63,924 nt of DNA, filler included, from Lama guanicoe (GCA_013239625.1; 150 parts of 150 records of this genome joined end to end with filler, not necessarily neighbours in it); one strand, 5' to 3'. Positions 23,337 to 36,989 are shown, counted from the whole stretch's first letter. Notes: generated by a model not told the origin, from the sequence alone. Made by a program: numbers and translations.

Positions 23337-25571
23337 NNNNNNNNNNNNNNNNNNNNNNNNNNNNNNNNNNNNNNNNNNNNTTAATTAATTAANNNNNNNN
23401 NNNNNNNNNNNNNNNNNNNNNNNNNNNNNNNNNNNNATATGTTTTCCAGATTATAAAAGCACACGTTTATTATAAATAACTAGACAATACAAAGAGATGT
23501 GAAAAAATAACTTGTATGAGTCTTATGTCTTAAACCAAAAGATTATTTATGTTTGTGTTTTTTTATATTTCTTCTCAATATTTTATACACATATATTATT
23601 ATAATTGATAAAATAAAATTGTAATCATGTGCTGTATACAAATTTGAACATTGATTTTTACTTGATAGTACAAGGTTTATGTTTCAAACAGACTATTTTT
23701 GTGAACACCATTTTAATGCCATTAATATTAATAGTTAAATCATACTTAATTACAAAAATAATANNNNNNNNNNNNNNNNNNNNNNNNNNNNNNNNNNNNN
23801 NNNNNNNTTAATTAATTAANNNNNNNNNNNNNNNNNNNNNNNNNNNNNNNNNNNNNNNNNNNNTCTTTTCTTTTCTCCTGTATCTTGATGGATACTGGTT
23901 TGATTATTGATGCAAACATGAGTTTGCTGTGCCATTCTAGTAAATCAATGAATTGCCTTTTTGTCCAAGGGCATAAAGATCTTTGCTCACTCAAAAGGAG
24001 CACATTTATCAAAGACTGATTCTGTTCATTCATGTCTCGATGTGACAGGTGGCCTGCAGCACCAAGAAATGCCCAAACTTGAGACCCGGGAGGAAACCAA
24101 GGTTTTGCTTTCCAGGTCACCTTGAGTGGAAATGTTAGGTAGTTTAGATAGAAATGAGCACTGGGCAGGGGGAGGGAAAGGGGAAAGGAANNNNNNNNNN
24201 NNNNNNNNNNNNNNNNNNNNNNNNNNNNNNNNNNTTAATTAATTAANNNNNNNNNNNNNNNNNNNNNNNNNNNNNNNNNNNNNNNNNNNNTTTATGGGGT
24301 TCTCTGTAAGGACCCCCGGGGGTGTCACAGGCCTGGCCCAGAGGTGGCGGGAAACACTTCCAAAGCAAAGCCCCAGGCAGTGTGCCTGTTAGAAACGTGT
24401 CTGGCAGGCGGGGAGCGACAGGTGATGAACCTGTGCTGGCCAGGTGCTGGAGGAACAGACGCGGAGCTGGCCTCCGCAGTGAGAGGCCGCGCCCGCCTCC
24501 ACCCCCTTCAGCACCCTGCCAGGCCCGACGGGCCCACGAAGGGAGCAGCAGTTGGCATCCCCACTTTATGGAGCAGTGGCGATCCGTGGTTCCTGCCACT
24601 CCTCCGAGAAGAGAGGCNNNNNNNNNNNNNNNNNNNNNNNNNNNNNNNNNNNNNNNNNNNNTTAATTAATTAANNNNNNNNNNNNNNNNNNNNNNNNNNN
24701 NNNNNNNNNNNNNNNNNAGGGAGGCCCCACTCAGATGCCCGAGGGGCAGAAGGGATTCATGAAGGCAGCATGACCAAGACTGTCAAACGTCACTGAGAGG
24801 TCAGTGGGAGCAGCTCCCACCGCTCCTTAGGCTGCACGAAAGCCTGATGGGGAGGCCACCGCAGGTTTGGGGTGGGTGGGAAGGCCGATCGGAGCCACTG
24901 AAATGAAAAGGGAAGTCTTTTCCTTAGACTTGCTCATCAAAGGACCAGTGGTACCAGCAGCACCTGGGAGCTTGCGAAAGGCGCACAGACAGACCTGGAG
25001 AGCTGTGTTAACCAGCTCCCTGACACACTCCACTAGGGCACGGGNNNNNNNNNNNNNNNNNNNNNNNNNNNNNNNNNNNNNNNNNNNNTTAATTAATTAA
25101 NNNNNNNNNNNNNNNNNNNNNNNNNNNNNNNNNNNNNNNNNNNNCTTGTTCAGATTCTTCCTTTGGACAAATGGAATAATCAAACTTACTTCCAAGCATT
25201 GTGAGGACTAACTGAGAAAACATATCAAACATTTAGCACAGTGCCTAGCTGCGTTACTCACATTATTTGCAGTCTCAGAACTGACCTCATGCTCTCTTGC
25301 TTCAAACCTTATAAGAGATACACCAACCAACTGAACCACATCCCCAACCCTCTTCCGGTGGCTGAATGTCTTGTCCATCTCCCCAGCTCCTCTACTTGAG
25401 GCTAGAAACTGTCTCACTAGACCTCAATAAATATTTGCTGAGTCAACGAATAGATGAACTTTGGTTAAATANNNNNNNNNNNNNNNNNNNNNNNNNNNNN
25501 NNNNNNNNNNNNNNNTTAATTAATTAANNNNNNNNNNNNNNNNNNNNNNNNNNNNNNNNNNNNNNNNNNNN

Positions 25572-25898
25572 CTTTCCCTGGCAGCCAGACTCAGGAAAAC
25601 ACTCAGGGGAGATTAGCAAAGGGATTCCATCAGAACCAAAGTGTTGCTGGCCTTTGGTGGAACCTCTATTCGCTCAGGATTCCGGAACCATTCTCTGTGC
25701 GTTGGGGAGCTCCAGAAAAAACACCACGTAGCTAACACTTTTCAGAGCCCTTCCCTCTTTGGGGGAGGTCTGATAAACAACTTCCCTGACCTTTGGGAGG
25801 CTGCAGATGCAACTGCGCCTTCCAGCACAACCCCTATCCTTCCCTGGCTGCCACACTCAGGAAAACACTCAGGGGAGACGAGCTAAGGGATTCCATTA
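25572..25898. repeat. Satellite-like tandem repeat, ~266 bp period
   Basis: tcaggaaaacactcaggggaga at 25591 and 25857; gggattccat at 25621 and 25887. Both offsets are 266. Confidence 0.8.
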
Positions 25899-26425
25899 NN
25901 NNNNNNNNNNNNNNNNNNNNNNNNNNNNNNNNNNNNNNNNNNTTAATTAATTAANNNNNNNNNNNNNNNNNNNNNNNNNNNNNNNNNNNNNNNNNNNNTG
26001 TATCTGGAGACAGTTCTAGAAAACAGGAATGCTTGATACATCTCGGTATTGTTGTGAGTGTCTGTTACACTAATAGCTGTAATTCTGGTTTTTAAGAATG
26101 TCATAATCAAAAATGAAACAAAGACCTCTGTTGTGTCCTTAGGCAAAATGATTGTGGAGGATATTATAGGAGCCAAAATGTGTAACCTCTCTGTGATGTC
26201 ACCTCAGTGAAGGAAAGAGCCACTGAGATCAAGTGGGCAAGTGGTCATCAGAGCCACTCATGCGATGAAGGTGGGAACAGTGCCCTCCCCTCTCCCCCTT
26301 TCCCCTCCCCTCCCCCTCTTTCCCCNNNNNNNNNNNNNNNNNNNNNNNNNNNNNNNNNNNNNNNNNNNNTTAATTAATTAANNNNNNNNNNNNNNNNNNN
26401 NNNNNNNNNNNNNNNNNNNNNNNNN

Positions 26426-26752
26426 AACAAGAGGCTAATTTCTAAAATACACACATCATTCATAAAACTCCATTACAAAAATTTACAATCAACTCAGCCA
26501 AAAAATGAGCAGAAGACATTTCTCTAAAAAGACACACAGATGACAAACAGGAACATAACGACATGCTCACATTGTTAATCATTATACAAAGGCAAGACAA
26601 AATTAAATTAATGTTTTAGCTCACAATATTGACAAGGGATGTCACCCAAATGTCTACAAATAAAGACTGTGCTGGTTGTGGAGAAATAGGGACTTACCAA
26701 CATTGTTGGTGGGAATGAAAATTGGTGCAACCACTTTGGAAACTGTATCGAA
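26426..26752 (+). mobile_element. LINE-1 ORF2 3' fragment
   Basis: ctaatttctaaaatac...agacatttctctaaaaagacacacagatgac...gttggtgggaatgaaaattggtgcaaccactttggaaa. Confidence 0.88.
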
Positions 26753-27279
26753 NNNNNNNNNNNNNNNNNNNNNNNNNNNNNNNNNNNNNNNNNNNNTTAA
26801 TTAATTAANNNNNNNNNNNNNNNNNNNNNNNNNNNNNNNNNNNNNNNNNNNNATTCAACAGCATGGGATACCTTTCCACTGGGTAATTCTTTTAAACTTT
26901 ACATGCTTACAAAAAAGCCTGTCAAGCAGCTCTATTCATTTTTTTCTTTTAATTTTGCAAACATTAGGAAAGATGTTACATACAAGAAGTTCACATTAGC
27001 CAATGAGGTCATGAAGACTGCTTTCAGAGAAAACAGGAACTGCCCAAGTATTGATTATTAGACTAGGAATAATTAGCATATTTGTCTTTCAAAACCAAGC
27101 TCTAATAGACAGAACCAGTCTTGTTATTTTAAAGAGTATTTGGAAAGAGTTAGCATTAAGAACATTTTGCCACAGGGAANNNNNNNNNNNNNNNNNNNNN
27201 NNNNNNNNNNNNNNNNNNNNNNNTTAATTAATTAANNNNNNNNNNNNNNNNNNNNNNNNNNNNNNNNNNNNNNNNNNNN

Positions 27280-27606
27280 AAATGCTTTGCAGTTATCTTC
27301 ATATAAGTCTTTTACCTCCTTGGTCAGGTTTATTCATACATATTTTATTTTTTTGATGAGATTTTAAAAGGGAATTTTTTACTTTTGTTTTCTCATAATT
27401 CATTGTTAGTGTAAAGACATGCAACTGCTTTCTTTATGCTAATCTTGTATCCTGCTACCTTTCCAAATTATTTTATCAGCTGAAGTAGTTTTTGTGTGGA
27501 GGTTTTAGGGTTTTCTATATATAGTATCATGTCATCTACAGATAGGACACTTTTATTTCTTCTCTTCCAATTTGGATCCTTTTTATTTATTTTTCTTGTC
27601 TGATTG
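27280..27606 (-). mobile_element. LINE-1 ORF2 RT fragment
   Basis: ttctatatatagtatcatgtcatctaca is the antisense of the DDMILYIEN RT catalytic region. Confidence 0.92.
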
Positions 27607-29416
27607 NNNNNNNNNNNNNNNNNNNNNNNNNNNNNNNNNNNNNNNNNNNNTTAATTAATTAANNNNNNNNNNNNNNNNNNNNNNNNNNNNNNNNNNNNNN
27701 NNNNNNAATGGCCTGCTGGCAAGACAGAGACTGGGGCTGCAAGGAGGCGCTAGCGGAAGGCAGTGCTCTCACCACGGGAGCTGGGGAGCCTGAGAACACT
27801 GGGCTGTAGGGAAGTTAGAAATCATTTCGTCTGCCCCCTTGCTGTTAAGCTTTTTAGGGGTAGTTTCAGTGCTTACCGTGGTAAACCCTCACTTGCTGAG
27901 AAAATCAAATGGGCTGAGACAGCGCATTTGCACAGACAAGCCAGGCTGAGTCTCATCAGGGAGCCCAGGTGTGCAGCCACTTGCCAGCCTGCGACACCCC
28001 GCCCTCACATCCCCCATCCCCTATATCCTGACCNNNNNNNNNNNNNNNNNNNNNNNNNNNNNNNNNNNNNNNNNNNNTTAATTAATTAANNNNNNNNNNN
28101 NNNNNNNNNNNNNNNNNNNNNNNNNNNNNNNNNGGTCATTGGGGGGTTGGGGAGAGGGATGGGGTGGGTAAGTATCACCATTGGCATTCACTCAGATGCC
28201 TAACCTGAAGGCATCCATTTCCTCAAGGGGACGTGGCAGAGGACGTGCAGGACAGCCTGCTAGGGGTCCCGAAAGTCTAGCCAGTCAATGAGTGATCTCT
28301 CATGGAAGCCAGGGTTCCAGTGTAGCCCTGACATTGTCCCTCATTTTGCAATGACCTGGGGACCGGCAATTGTCCCATCACCCTGGGTCAAGGCCTAGCC
28401 GAAGGCAGTGTTTTTGCCCAGAGCCTGTCAGACCAGGGGTGCTAGCAGGGGGGTTGAACGNNNNNNNNNNNNNNNNNNNNNNNNNNNNNNNNNNNNNNNN
28501 NNNNTTAATTAATTAANNNNNNNNNNNNNNNNNNNNNNNNNNNNNNNNNNNNNNNNNNNNAATGCTGGTCACAGTCCTGGGAAAGGCAGCTCTGCTCCTG
28601 TTTAAGTAGCTTGTCTAAATTCGAGTGGATGAAAGCAATATTTATTGTATTGCTTTGCTAAGAGTCTTTTAACAGCTTGCAACACAAATCGTGATCCACA
28701 TTGCAAGCTTAAACCAAGTATTCTGTTAGGCCTTCTGCTAGAAACCTGAAGAGTGACGGAATATCAGAGTGCCTCTGAACAAGACTGATGACTGTATGTG
28801 ATGAACTGCACAGCCCTAGGTTCTTTACCTCCTGTTTCTTAGTGCATTTACTTTGGAAAACTTGCAATTGTAAATTCTTTCTCTCACNNNNNNNNNNNNN
28901 NNNNNNNNNNNNNNNNNNNNNNNNNNNNNNNTTAATTAATTAANNNNNNNNNNNNNNNNNNNNNNNNNNNNNNNNNNNNNNNNNNNNAAAAAAAACAGGC
29001 TGTTGAGATAGTTTCATATATGTGATTTAAATTTGAGAGCCTTTAGTTCTGAAATGCCTTCAATAATCACTATTTTCTTATTTTGCTCCTTTGGAGGGTG
29101 GAATGCAACACTTACTAGAAAGATACATTAACAGTGCTTCCAGTGGGTAATATCAGAGAACTGCCCAAAAATGGAGAAAGAAGACTCAGGGAAAGCTTTG
29201 TCTTGGAGCATGGCAGATAAAAATCGTTTACAAGCTTCTGAAATATTTGAAATTTTTGAAATGAGGCTTATTTGAGCCTGAGAAGTTGGGAGTTTGTAAT
29301 ATCTAATCACATCTNNNNNNNNNNNNNNNNNNNNNNNNNNNNNNNNNNNNNNNNNNNNTTAATTAATTAANNNNNNNNNNNNNNNNNNNNNNNNNNNNNN
29401 NNNNNNNNNNNNNNTC

Positions 29417-29740
29417 CTCACCTATGTATTCAGCATCTTAGGTAACCTGACAATCATCACCCTTACACTACTGGACTCCCATCTCCAGACTCCCATGTAT
29501 TTCTTCCTCCGGAACTTCTCCTTCCTAGAAATTTTCTTTACAACCACTTTTACTCCTAGGCTACTGTTCAGCATCTCAACCGGGAACAAGAGCATCAGCT
29601 TTGCTGGCTGCTTCATTCAGTATTTCTTTGCCATATTCCTTGGGGTCACAGAGTTTTACCTTCTGGCTGCCATGTCCTATGACCGCTATGTGGCCATCTG
29701 CAAACCCCTGCATTACACGACCATCATGAGCAACAGAGTC
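29417..29740 (+). CDS. Olfactory receptor fragment TM1-TM4 (OR6C-like), open across the contig
   Basis: [39 protein letters not shown]...[30 protein letters not shown]. It carries the GN, LxTPMYFFL and [12 protein letters not shown] signatures. Confidence 0.96.
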
Positions 29741-31120
29741 TNNNNNNNNNNNNNNNNNNNNNNNNNNNNNNNNNNNNNNNNNNNNTTAATTAATTAANNN
29801 NNNNNNNNNNNNNNNNNNNNNNNNNNNNNNNNNNNNNNNNNCTCTCTCTTCTCTGCCTGAAGATGGATGCCCCCATGCACACAACATAGGTCCTCACAGG
29901 GAGGAGATTCTGAGCTCTTCCTGGAGCGGGTAAGACAGAAGCCCCTGTTTCAACTGGGAGCACACAAAAGAGAGATCAGAGGACCCAGGGGAAGGGCCGC
30001 CTGGGCTGAGGCTCGGCCTTGATGCTTAGGAGCACAGGCTCAGTGTCGGTTTGTAGGACGTGGTCAGAAATGATCACACCCAAGTCTGAAGGCAAAACCA
30101 AATTCACCTCAACAGAACACCTTCAGTACAGAAGCCCAGATATCCCTTGTCCACTTGGAGGTTTTGGANNNNNNNNNNNNNNNNNNNNNNNNNNNNNNNN
30201 NNNNNNNNNNNNTTAATTAATTAANNNNNNNNNNNNNNNNNNNNNNNNNNNNNNNNNNNNNNNNNNNNAAAAGGTGTTTGTTTTTAGTTGACTGGTTTAA
30301 ATGAGTACGTACATCTGGAATGGTGAAAAAAATGCATTTTTTCACTCAAAAAGCATATCAGCTACCTACTAAAACTCAAGGGTGGTGCTAACAATTAAGG
30401 CTGTGGCAATGAGTAACACCGACATGATCCTCATTTTCATGGTTAAATTGAACACACAATCCCCTCATTGACAAATTCTATGAAAGGGAAAATAAAAATT
30501 GTATGGTAACCATAAGTTTGTTTTCTATGTCTGTGAGCCTCTTTCTGTTTTCTAAATAAGTTCATTTGTATCTTTTTAAGACAATTAAAAAAANNNNNNN
30601 NNNNNNNNNNNNNNNNNNNNNNNNNNNNNNNNNNNNNTTAATTAATTAANNNNNNNNNNNNNNNNNNNNNNNNNNNNNNNNNNNNNNNNNNNNAAAAAAT
30701 AATATCAACAAAGCAAAAATAAGTTACAAATATAGTTGTCAGATATGAACAAAGAACAAATGAGGGTGGAAAAGGGACCTAAGTAGACATACCTAAAGTT
30801 AAATATACAAAAGAGAATTCATAGAGGACAAATGCTAGATTAAACTCAAATGACAAGACACTACTATAAAATGCATCTAGTTTCTAGCACAAGAATATAA
30901 AGATATAGATATATAAATAAATCAAAAGTAATTTATACCTAAAAAGGATTCCTAAGATTAGAAAACAGAGGAACAAGCAGACGACCACCATACTGGGCTG
31001 TCTTCTCCTGAGATCTTCACNNNNNNNNNNNNNNNNNNNNNNNNNNNNNNNNNNNNNNNNNNNNTTAATTAATTAANNNNNNNNNNNNNNNNNNNNNNNN
31101 NNNNNNNNNNNNNNNNNNNN

Positions 31121-31447
31121 AATGCTACTACTAGCATCCAGGTTCAAATTTGTGTGTGTACATTTATTTTCAGTTCTCTTTAGTATGTACTGAGGAGTAG
31201 AATTGCTGGGTCATTTGGTCACTCTTTAATTTTTGAGGAATTACAAAGTTGTATTCCAAAGATGCTGCAGTATTATGAATATTCAGCAAAGAAACATTGT
31301 TTCAATATCTTCACATCTTTGTTAACACTTGTGTTGTCTGCCTTTTTTTGTTTTAGCCATCCTAGTGGTTGCAAAGTGGCATCTCATTGTGGTTTTAGTT
31401 TGTATTTCATCAGTGATTAATGGTGTTGAGTACCTTTTTATGGGCAT
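31121..31447 (-). mobile_element. LINE-1 ORF2 3' fragment
   Basis: gagtagaattgctgggtcat...ttagccatcctagtgg...gtggcatctcattgtggttttagtttgtattt. Confidence 0.88.
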
Positions 31448-31974
31448 NNNNNNNNNNNNNNNNNNNNNNNNNNNNNNNNNNNNNNNNNNNNTTAATTAAT
31501 TAANNNNNNNNNNNNNNNNNNNNNNNNNNNNNNNNNNNNNNNNNNNNTGATATTTTACTCTAAGGATCTGGGAATAAAAGCCAGCTTTCCTGATTCCCTT
31601 GTGGTCAAGGATCTACACTTCATTTCGGTTCTAACCATTAGATGTAGCCTCAAGAATCATGGGGCGGAGGTGAATCACCAAGCATGTGGGTGAGGTTGTG
31701 TATTTTGCAAACTCCGTGGTGAAGCCATTCCATTATCCTTGAGCACCTGCGATGGACCACTGGACAGTGGTAGTGATCTGTTTTCAGGAACAGCCCATGA
31801 CATATTCAGGAGTTTTCTTGAGATACATTATCCCTGATGAGTGTTACAAGATGAAATAACTGATATATATATATNNNNNNNNNNNNNNNNNNNNNNNNNN
31901 NNNNNNNNNNNNNNNNNNTTAATTAATTAANNNNNNNNNNNNNNNNNNNNNNNNNNNNNNNNNNNNNNNNNNNN

Positions 31975-32301
31975 CCAGGGCGCCCTCCCTCCGCGCCGCG
32001 CCGGCCGGCCGCCGCGCGCCCTAGCCCCGCCGGGGCATCGCACTTTGGGGGCAGCTCGGCTCGCTCTGACTGTGCTCCTCCTTCCCGATCCTCCCGCGAC
32101 GCTTGTTCACTCGCTCCGGCGCCGGGGCTCCGGGACCCCGGCGTCCCCGCCCCCGGCCCAGCCCTGGTTCCGGCCCGGGCTCCTCCCCGCCGCGCCGCCG
32201 CCGCCTGCGCCGCACCCTCCTCGCGGGCTGGGGGCTCCGTCCCGGCCGCCGGCCGCACTGTCCGATCGGCAGGGGCGGCCGGCTCCGGAGCCCGAGGGGC
32301 T
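31975..32301. promoter_or_regulatory. CpG-island fragment, gene unassigned
   Basis: Dense CpG with a GC box (ccccgcccc). No recognisable protein. Confidence 0.7.
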
Positions 32302-34154
32302 NNNNNNNNNNNNNNNNNNNNNNNNNNNNNNNNNNNNNNNNNNNNTTAATTAATTAANNNNNNNNNNNNNNNNNNNNNNNNNNNNNNNNNNNNNNNNNNN
32401 NGCAGGGGAGAGGCGACTGTCCCTTCCACATGTCTCCCTGTGTCATCAAGATTTCTTTGGATTAAGTGAATGGCCACGTCCCATTAGCATGAAAGTGCCA
32501 CGAGGTAGGGGTACTGTTTGCCTGGCTCACTGCTGCAGCCAGCCCCAGCATCTGAAAGCCGGCTGGGCACACAGCAGATGCTGGGAAACTATCTGTTGAA
32601 TGAATGGATGAATCAATCAATCGATGCCCTCTCACTTCTGGGCATTTGTGCAAACCAGTCACTCTGCTTGGAACACTTTTCATTTTACCGAGGTAGCTCC
32701 TCAGATCCTTCAGGTCTCAGCTGAGATGNNNNNNNNNNNNNNNNNNNNNNNNNNNNNNNNNNNNNNNNNNNNTTAATTAATTAANNNNNNNNNNNNNNNN
32801 NNNNNNNNNNNNNNNNNNNNNNNNNNNNTGCTTTTAGCAATTGACTTAAAGAAAGCATTGTTATACCTCATGAGTAGTTATACTCTATGACAACTCTATT
32901 AGAAAATTCTCTTTCTATCCTAAACACTGGGGGAAATATTGATAGGGAGACAAACATTTGGTAAACAGCTCAATGAGAAAACATAGATTAAAGGCCAGTA
33001 ATATTTCAGACAAAACCAAAAAACTAACCATATTCATTGGTTCATTCAATCCATGTAATCAATCCCCTTTACCAACAGTTCCATGAAATCAGACTTTTCA
33101 TTAGAATTTTAAAATATCTTACCCAACTCAGCAGTGTGATTTAAGAAAAAAAAAANNNNNNNNNNNNNNNNNNNNNNNNNNNNNNNNNNNNNNNNNNNNT
33201 TAATTAATTAANNNNNNNNNNNNNNNNNNNNNNNNNNNNNNNNNNNNNNNNNNNNGTGTCCAGTGAATGACCATGGCATATCCATTCCAAGGGTCAATAA
33301 ATAACACGTTTGATTAATTTCTCTTTAAAAATCTATGATCAACGTGTATATCATTCAACTCCTTGAGTAACTAAGAAACCATGAAATTTTTCCTCAAATA
33401 TAAAAGCATTACAGCATTTCTTCAACTTCATCAGACACATGATGGGAGATACTCTGTTAAAACCACAGATAACAAATCCTCTAATAGTCTTTAAAATATT
33501 AGAATTTAGTTTCAGAATTGGTTGGATTGTGGATGTTCAGAATCCAATGTGACTCAAATTTGGCAAAGTGCTTTTTTCCTTTNNNNNNNNNNNNNNNNNN
33601 NNNNNNNNNNNNNNNNNNNNNNNNNNTTAATTAATTAANNNNNNNNNNNNNNNNNNNNNNNNNNNNNNNNNNNNNNNNNNNNGAGATAAGCTCTGATGCC
33701 CCGTCTGCTCCTCCTCCTCCCCTATACCATCCTTGCACCAACAGGGAAGAGACAGCTTCCAGGTGCCTTCTCAATTCTCTGAACACCAGCTAGACCAGAC
33801 CAGAGACAACAGGTCACCACAAAAGTTGTCCAAGACCATCTCTGCCAGGGCAGAGCAGGTAAGTCTGCCACACAGACCTCGGGCTCCCAACCGCCACCCC
33901 CTGACACTTTCCTGCCCTGCTTCCACCCTGGGTTGGACCAGGACTCAGTTTTAATATGAGTTTGGGAGACAAAGCGCACCATTTTCTGTGCAGTGTTCCC
34001 TCTGTATCANNNNNNNNNNNNNNNNNNNNNNNNNNNNNNNNNNNNNNNNNNNNTTAATTAATTAANNNNNNNNNNNNNNNNNNNNNNNNNNNNNNNNNNN
34101 NNNNNNNNNGCGCACTCGCCAGATCAGGAGGGGCCGCCTCACACGGGAGCTTCC

Positions 34155-34290
34155 GAGAAATACGCATTCTCAGCCCCTCCCCAGGCCCCTGGAATCTGAA
34201 ACCCTGCGTCTGGGGCCCAGCAGTCTGCATTTTGATGAACCCTGCATAGATTCTGCTAGCCTTCAAATTTGGGAATCGCTGCTGTAGGGT
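34155..34290. mobile_element. MER5A-like DNA transposon fragment
   Basis: gcattctcagcccctccccagg...gaatctgaaaccctg...ggggcccagcagtctgcatttt...aaatttgggaatcgctg. Confidence 0.75.
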
Positions 34291-35390
34291 AACTCAGTAG
34301 CGTCCAAGGTCTAACATGGAGAGTTACGAACTTGCCCAGACCGAGCCCCACGGCCCCAGGATGGAGACGGCGGCCGTCTCTGAGGCAGCCAGGCAGCGCC
34401 CTGGAGACAGAGGTGAGGGGGGAGGGGAGGTGGGGGNNNNNNNNNNNNNNNNNNNNNNNNNNNNNNNNNNNNNNNNNNNNTTAATTAATTAANNNNNNNN
34501 NNNNNNNNNNNNNNNNNNNNNNNNNNNNNNNNNNNNTTCTTATTTTGCTTTCCTGCTTGGAAAATATAATTTCTTCACTTTATGTATCATCAATATATAC
34601 TCATAACTAGTAGTTTTATTGGTCTTTGAACCTGCTATTTAATTTATGTCTCAGTTTTAACTTCATATATTATTGGTTCTACCTATTCATTACATTTCTT
34701 TCCTATATACACTCCCCAAATTTAGCATCCCTGAATGTTTCCCTTTTTTAAGTCACACTAAAACTTCCCTTTTTGAATAAAGCTCAATTTCAGTGTCCAG
34801 GAGATCAGGCAACTTCACACTCACCCCTCATCACAAACGAAGGACACTTTTGCCCCAAGCTGGNNNNNNNNNNNNNNNNNNNNNNNNNNNNNNNNNNNNN
34901 NNNNNNNTTAATTAATTAANNNNNNNNNNNNNNNNNNNNNNNNNNNNNNNNNNNNNNNNNNNNTTGGAAGCTAGACATCTAGACATGATGTATTGGGTAA
35001 TGAGAACTGAGACATATAGGCCTTTAGGGTGAAGACATGTTTATTTCACTAGGGATGATGCTGTGTTTACTGTTTTCCATAGCTGTAGATGTCTAAGGCT
35101 CTCCTCTCTTGTGTCAGGATTGCCTAGAAGTCCCTCATTAAATAGAGTCTGAAAGCTTTAACATTTCAACTACAAATCTCTGTTATACAAAGTAGAATCA
35201 TTGATGTGGTGATAAAGTATGGTGAGGAGATAAGTATGCTAGACTCTTATCATCAGTCTCAACTGTTAAGGAAGCCTGAACTTTGCCCCANNNNNNNNNN
35301 NNNNNNNNNNNNNNNNNNNNNNNNNNNNNNNNNNTTAATTAATTAANNNNNNNNNNNNNNNNNNNNNNNNNNNNNNNNNNNNNNNNNNNN

Positions 35391-35709
35391 TCTCAGTCTG
35401 TTTCCTAGTGCCGGTTTGAAGTTCCTGCAATTTTCACTGGAAACCGAGTTGTAGATAGTTCCTCCCCATAAGTATGTATGCAATGGAGTTTCCAACTGAA
35501 AAGAAACATTGTGTTCCCAACAAGCTATGTGAAGGACTGCTTTCACACACACTTATCTATCAAAATTGAGCATGCGGAGAGACGTTCGTTCATCTAGCAC
35601 AAAGGAAACGGGTTACAGGAGAAACGCTTTCTCTGGTTTTACTGTCTGTTCCCTAGTGCCTATTTGAAGATCCTGCAGTTTTCACTGTAAAACCGAGTTG
35701 GAGCTAGTA
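35391..35709. repeat. Satellite-like tandem repeat, ~248 bp period
   Basis: gtctgtt(t/c)cctagtgcc...tttgaag(t/a)tcctgca.ttttcactg..aaaccgagttg at 35396 and 35644. Confidence 0.8.
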
Positions 35710-36663
35710 NNNNNNNNNNNNNNNNNNNNNNNNNNNNNNNNNNNNNNNNNNNNTTAATTAATTAANNNNNNNNNNNNNNNNNNNNNNNNNNNNNNNNNNN
35801 NNNNNNNNNCCTTACAAAATTATGTCAGTTTGAGAAATTTAGGAGTAGTTTTATCCAGCGCAGAGATTGGTTACGGGTGGTAGGAAGAGACAGTAACTAG
35901 TGGAGTGAGATTTTACAACGACCACATTAGGACGCATCTCCGCCTGCTGACAGGGGTTACTGAGCCTGCTGCGATTTCATGCTGGTGGGCTGTGCCACAT
36001 ACTAGCAAGTTTATATTTCACCCTGTCTTTATCACATCATATTGTCCCACAGCCTTGTTCACCACTTCGGGTAGATTAAGGGATGACAGTGTTTTATATT
36101 TTCATGTATTTGTGTGGTCATGCTAGAGATTACATTNNNNNNNNNNNNNNNNNNNNNNNNNNNNNNNNNNNNNNNNNNNNTTAATTAATTAANNNNNNNN
36201 NNNNNNNNNNNNNNNNNNNNNNNNNNNNNNNNNNNNTTTCCAACTCTTTGCTAAAAACTTCATTCTGTGCATCTATACTCCTCTTGAGTTCCCTGAACAT
36301 TTTTGCCATTATTACTTCAAACTCTCAGATAAACTATCTATCTCATCACTTACTTCTTCTTCTGGGATTATCTTGTGCCTTGGCCTGGGAGATATTCCTC
36401 AGCTGCCTCATTCTTTGTATTTTTAGGTAGGTACACTGCATTTCTCAACCTTGAAGAAGTGGTCCCCTCTGGTAGATATCCTTTGTGTCCCAGCAGTACG
36501 CTCCTCTCTTGTCAACCAAGGGCCAAGGTCCAGCTGGTCCCAGTGTGGACTCTGGCCTGTGTGNNNNNNNNNNNNNNNNNNNNNNNNNNNNNNNNNNNNN
36601 NNNNNNNTTAATTAATTAANNNNNNNNNNNNNNNNNNNNNNNNNNNNNNNNNNNNNNNNNNNN

Positions 36664-36989
36664 ATTTCTTAGATTGTACATATAAGTGATATCATATATT
36701 ATCTGTCTTCCTTGGTCTGATTTACCTCACTTGGTATGATACTCTCTAGGTTCATCCGTGTTGCTGCAAACTGCAATATTTCATTTCTAATGGATGAGTA
36801 ATATTCCATTATATATACATAATGTGTGTTATACATTATGTATACATTGCATATATATGTTATGTATTACATAATATATAATATACTGCATCTTCTTAAA
36901 ACAATGTCAGTTGATGGGCACTTGGATTGTTTCTGTACCTTGGTTATTGTAAATAGTGCTGCTGTGAACATTGGGGTGCATTTATCTTT
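36664..36989 (-). mobile_element. LINE-1 3' end fragment with internal AT-rich microsatellite
   Basis: ataagtgatatcata...ctctaggttcatccgtgttgctgcaaa...gtaaatagtgctgctgtgaacattggggtgc. Confidence 0.9.

Noticed and set aside
29171..29277. SWSMADKNRLQASEI resembling an RTE-clade LINE C-terminal motif
   Set aside because: The similarity is too short and weak to call without a profile search.
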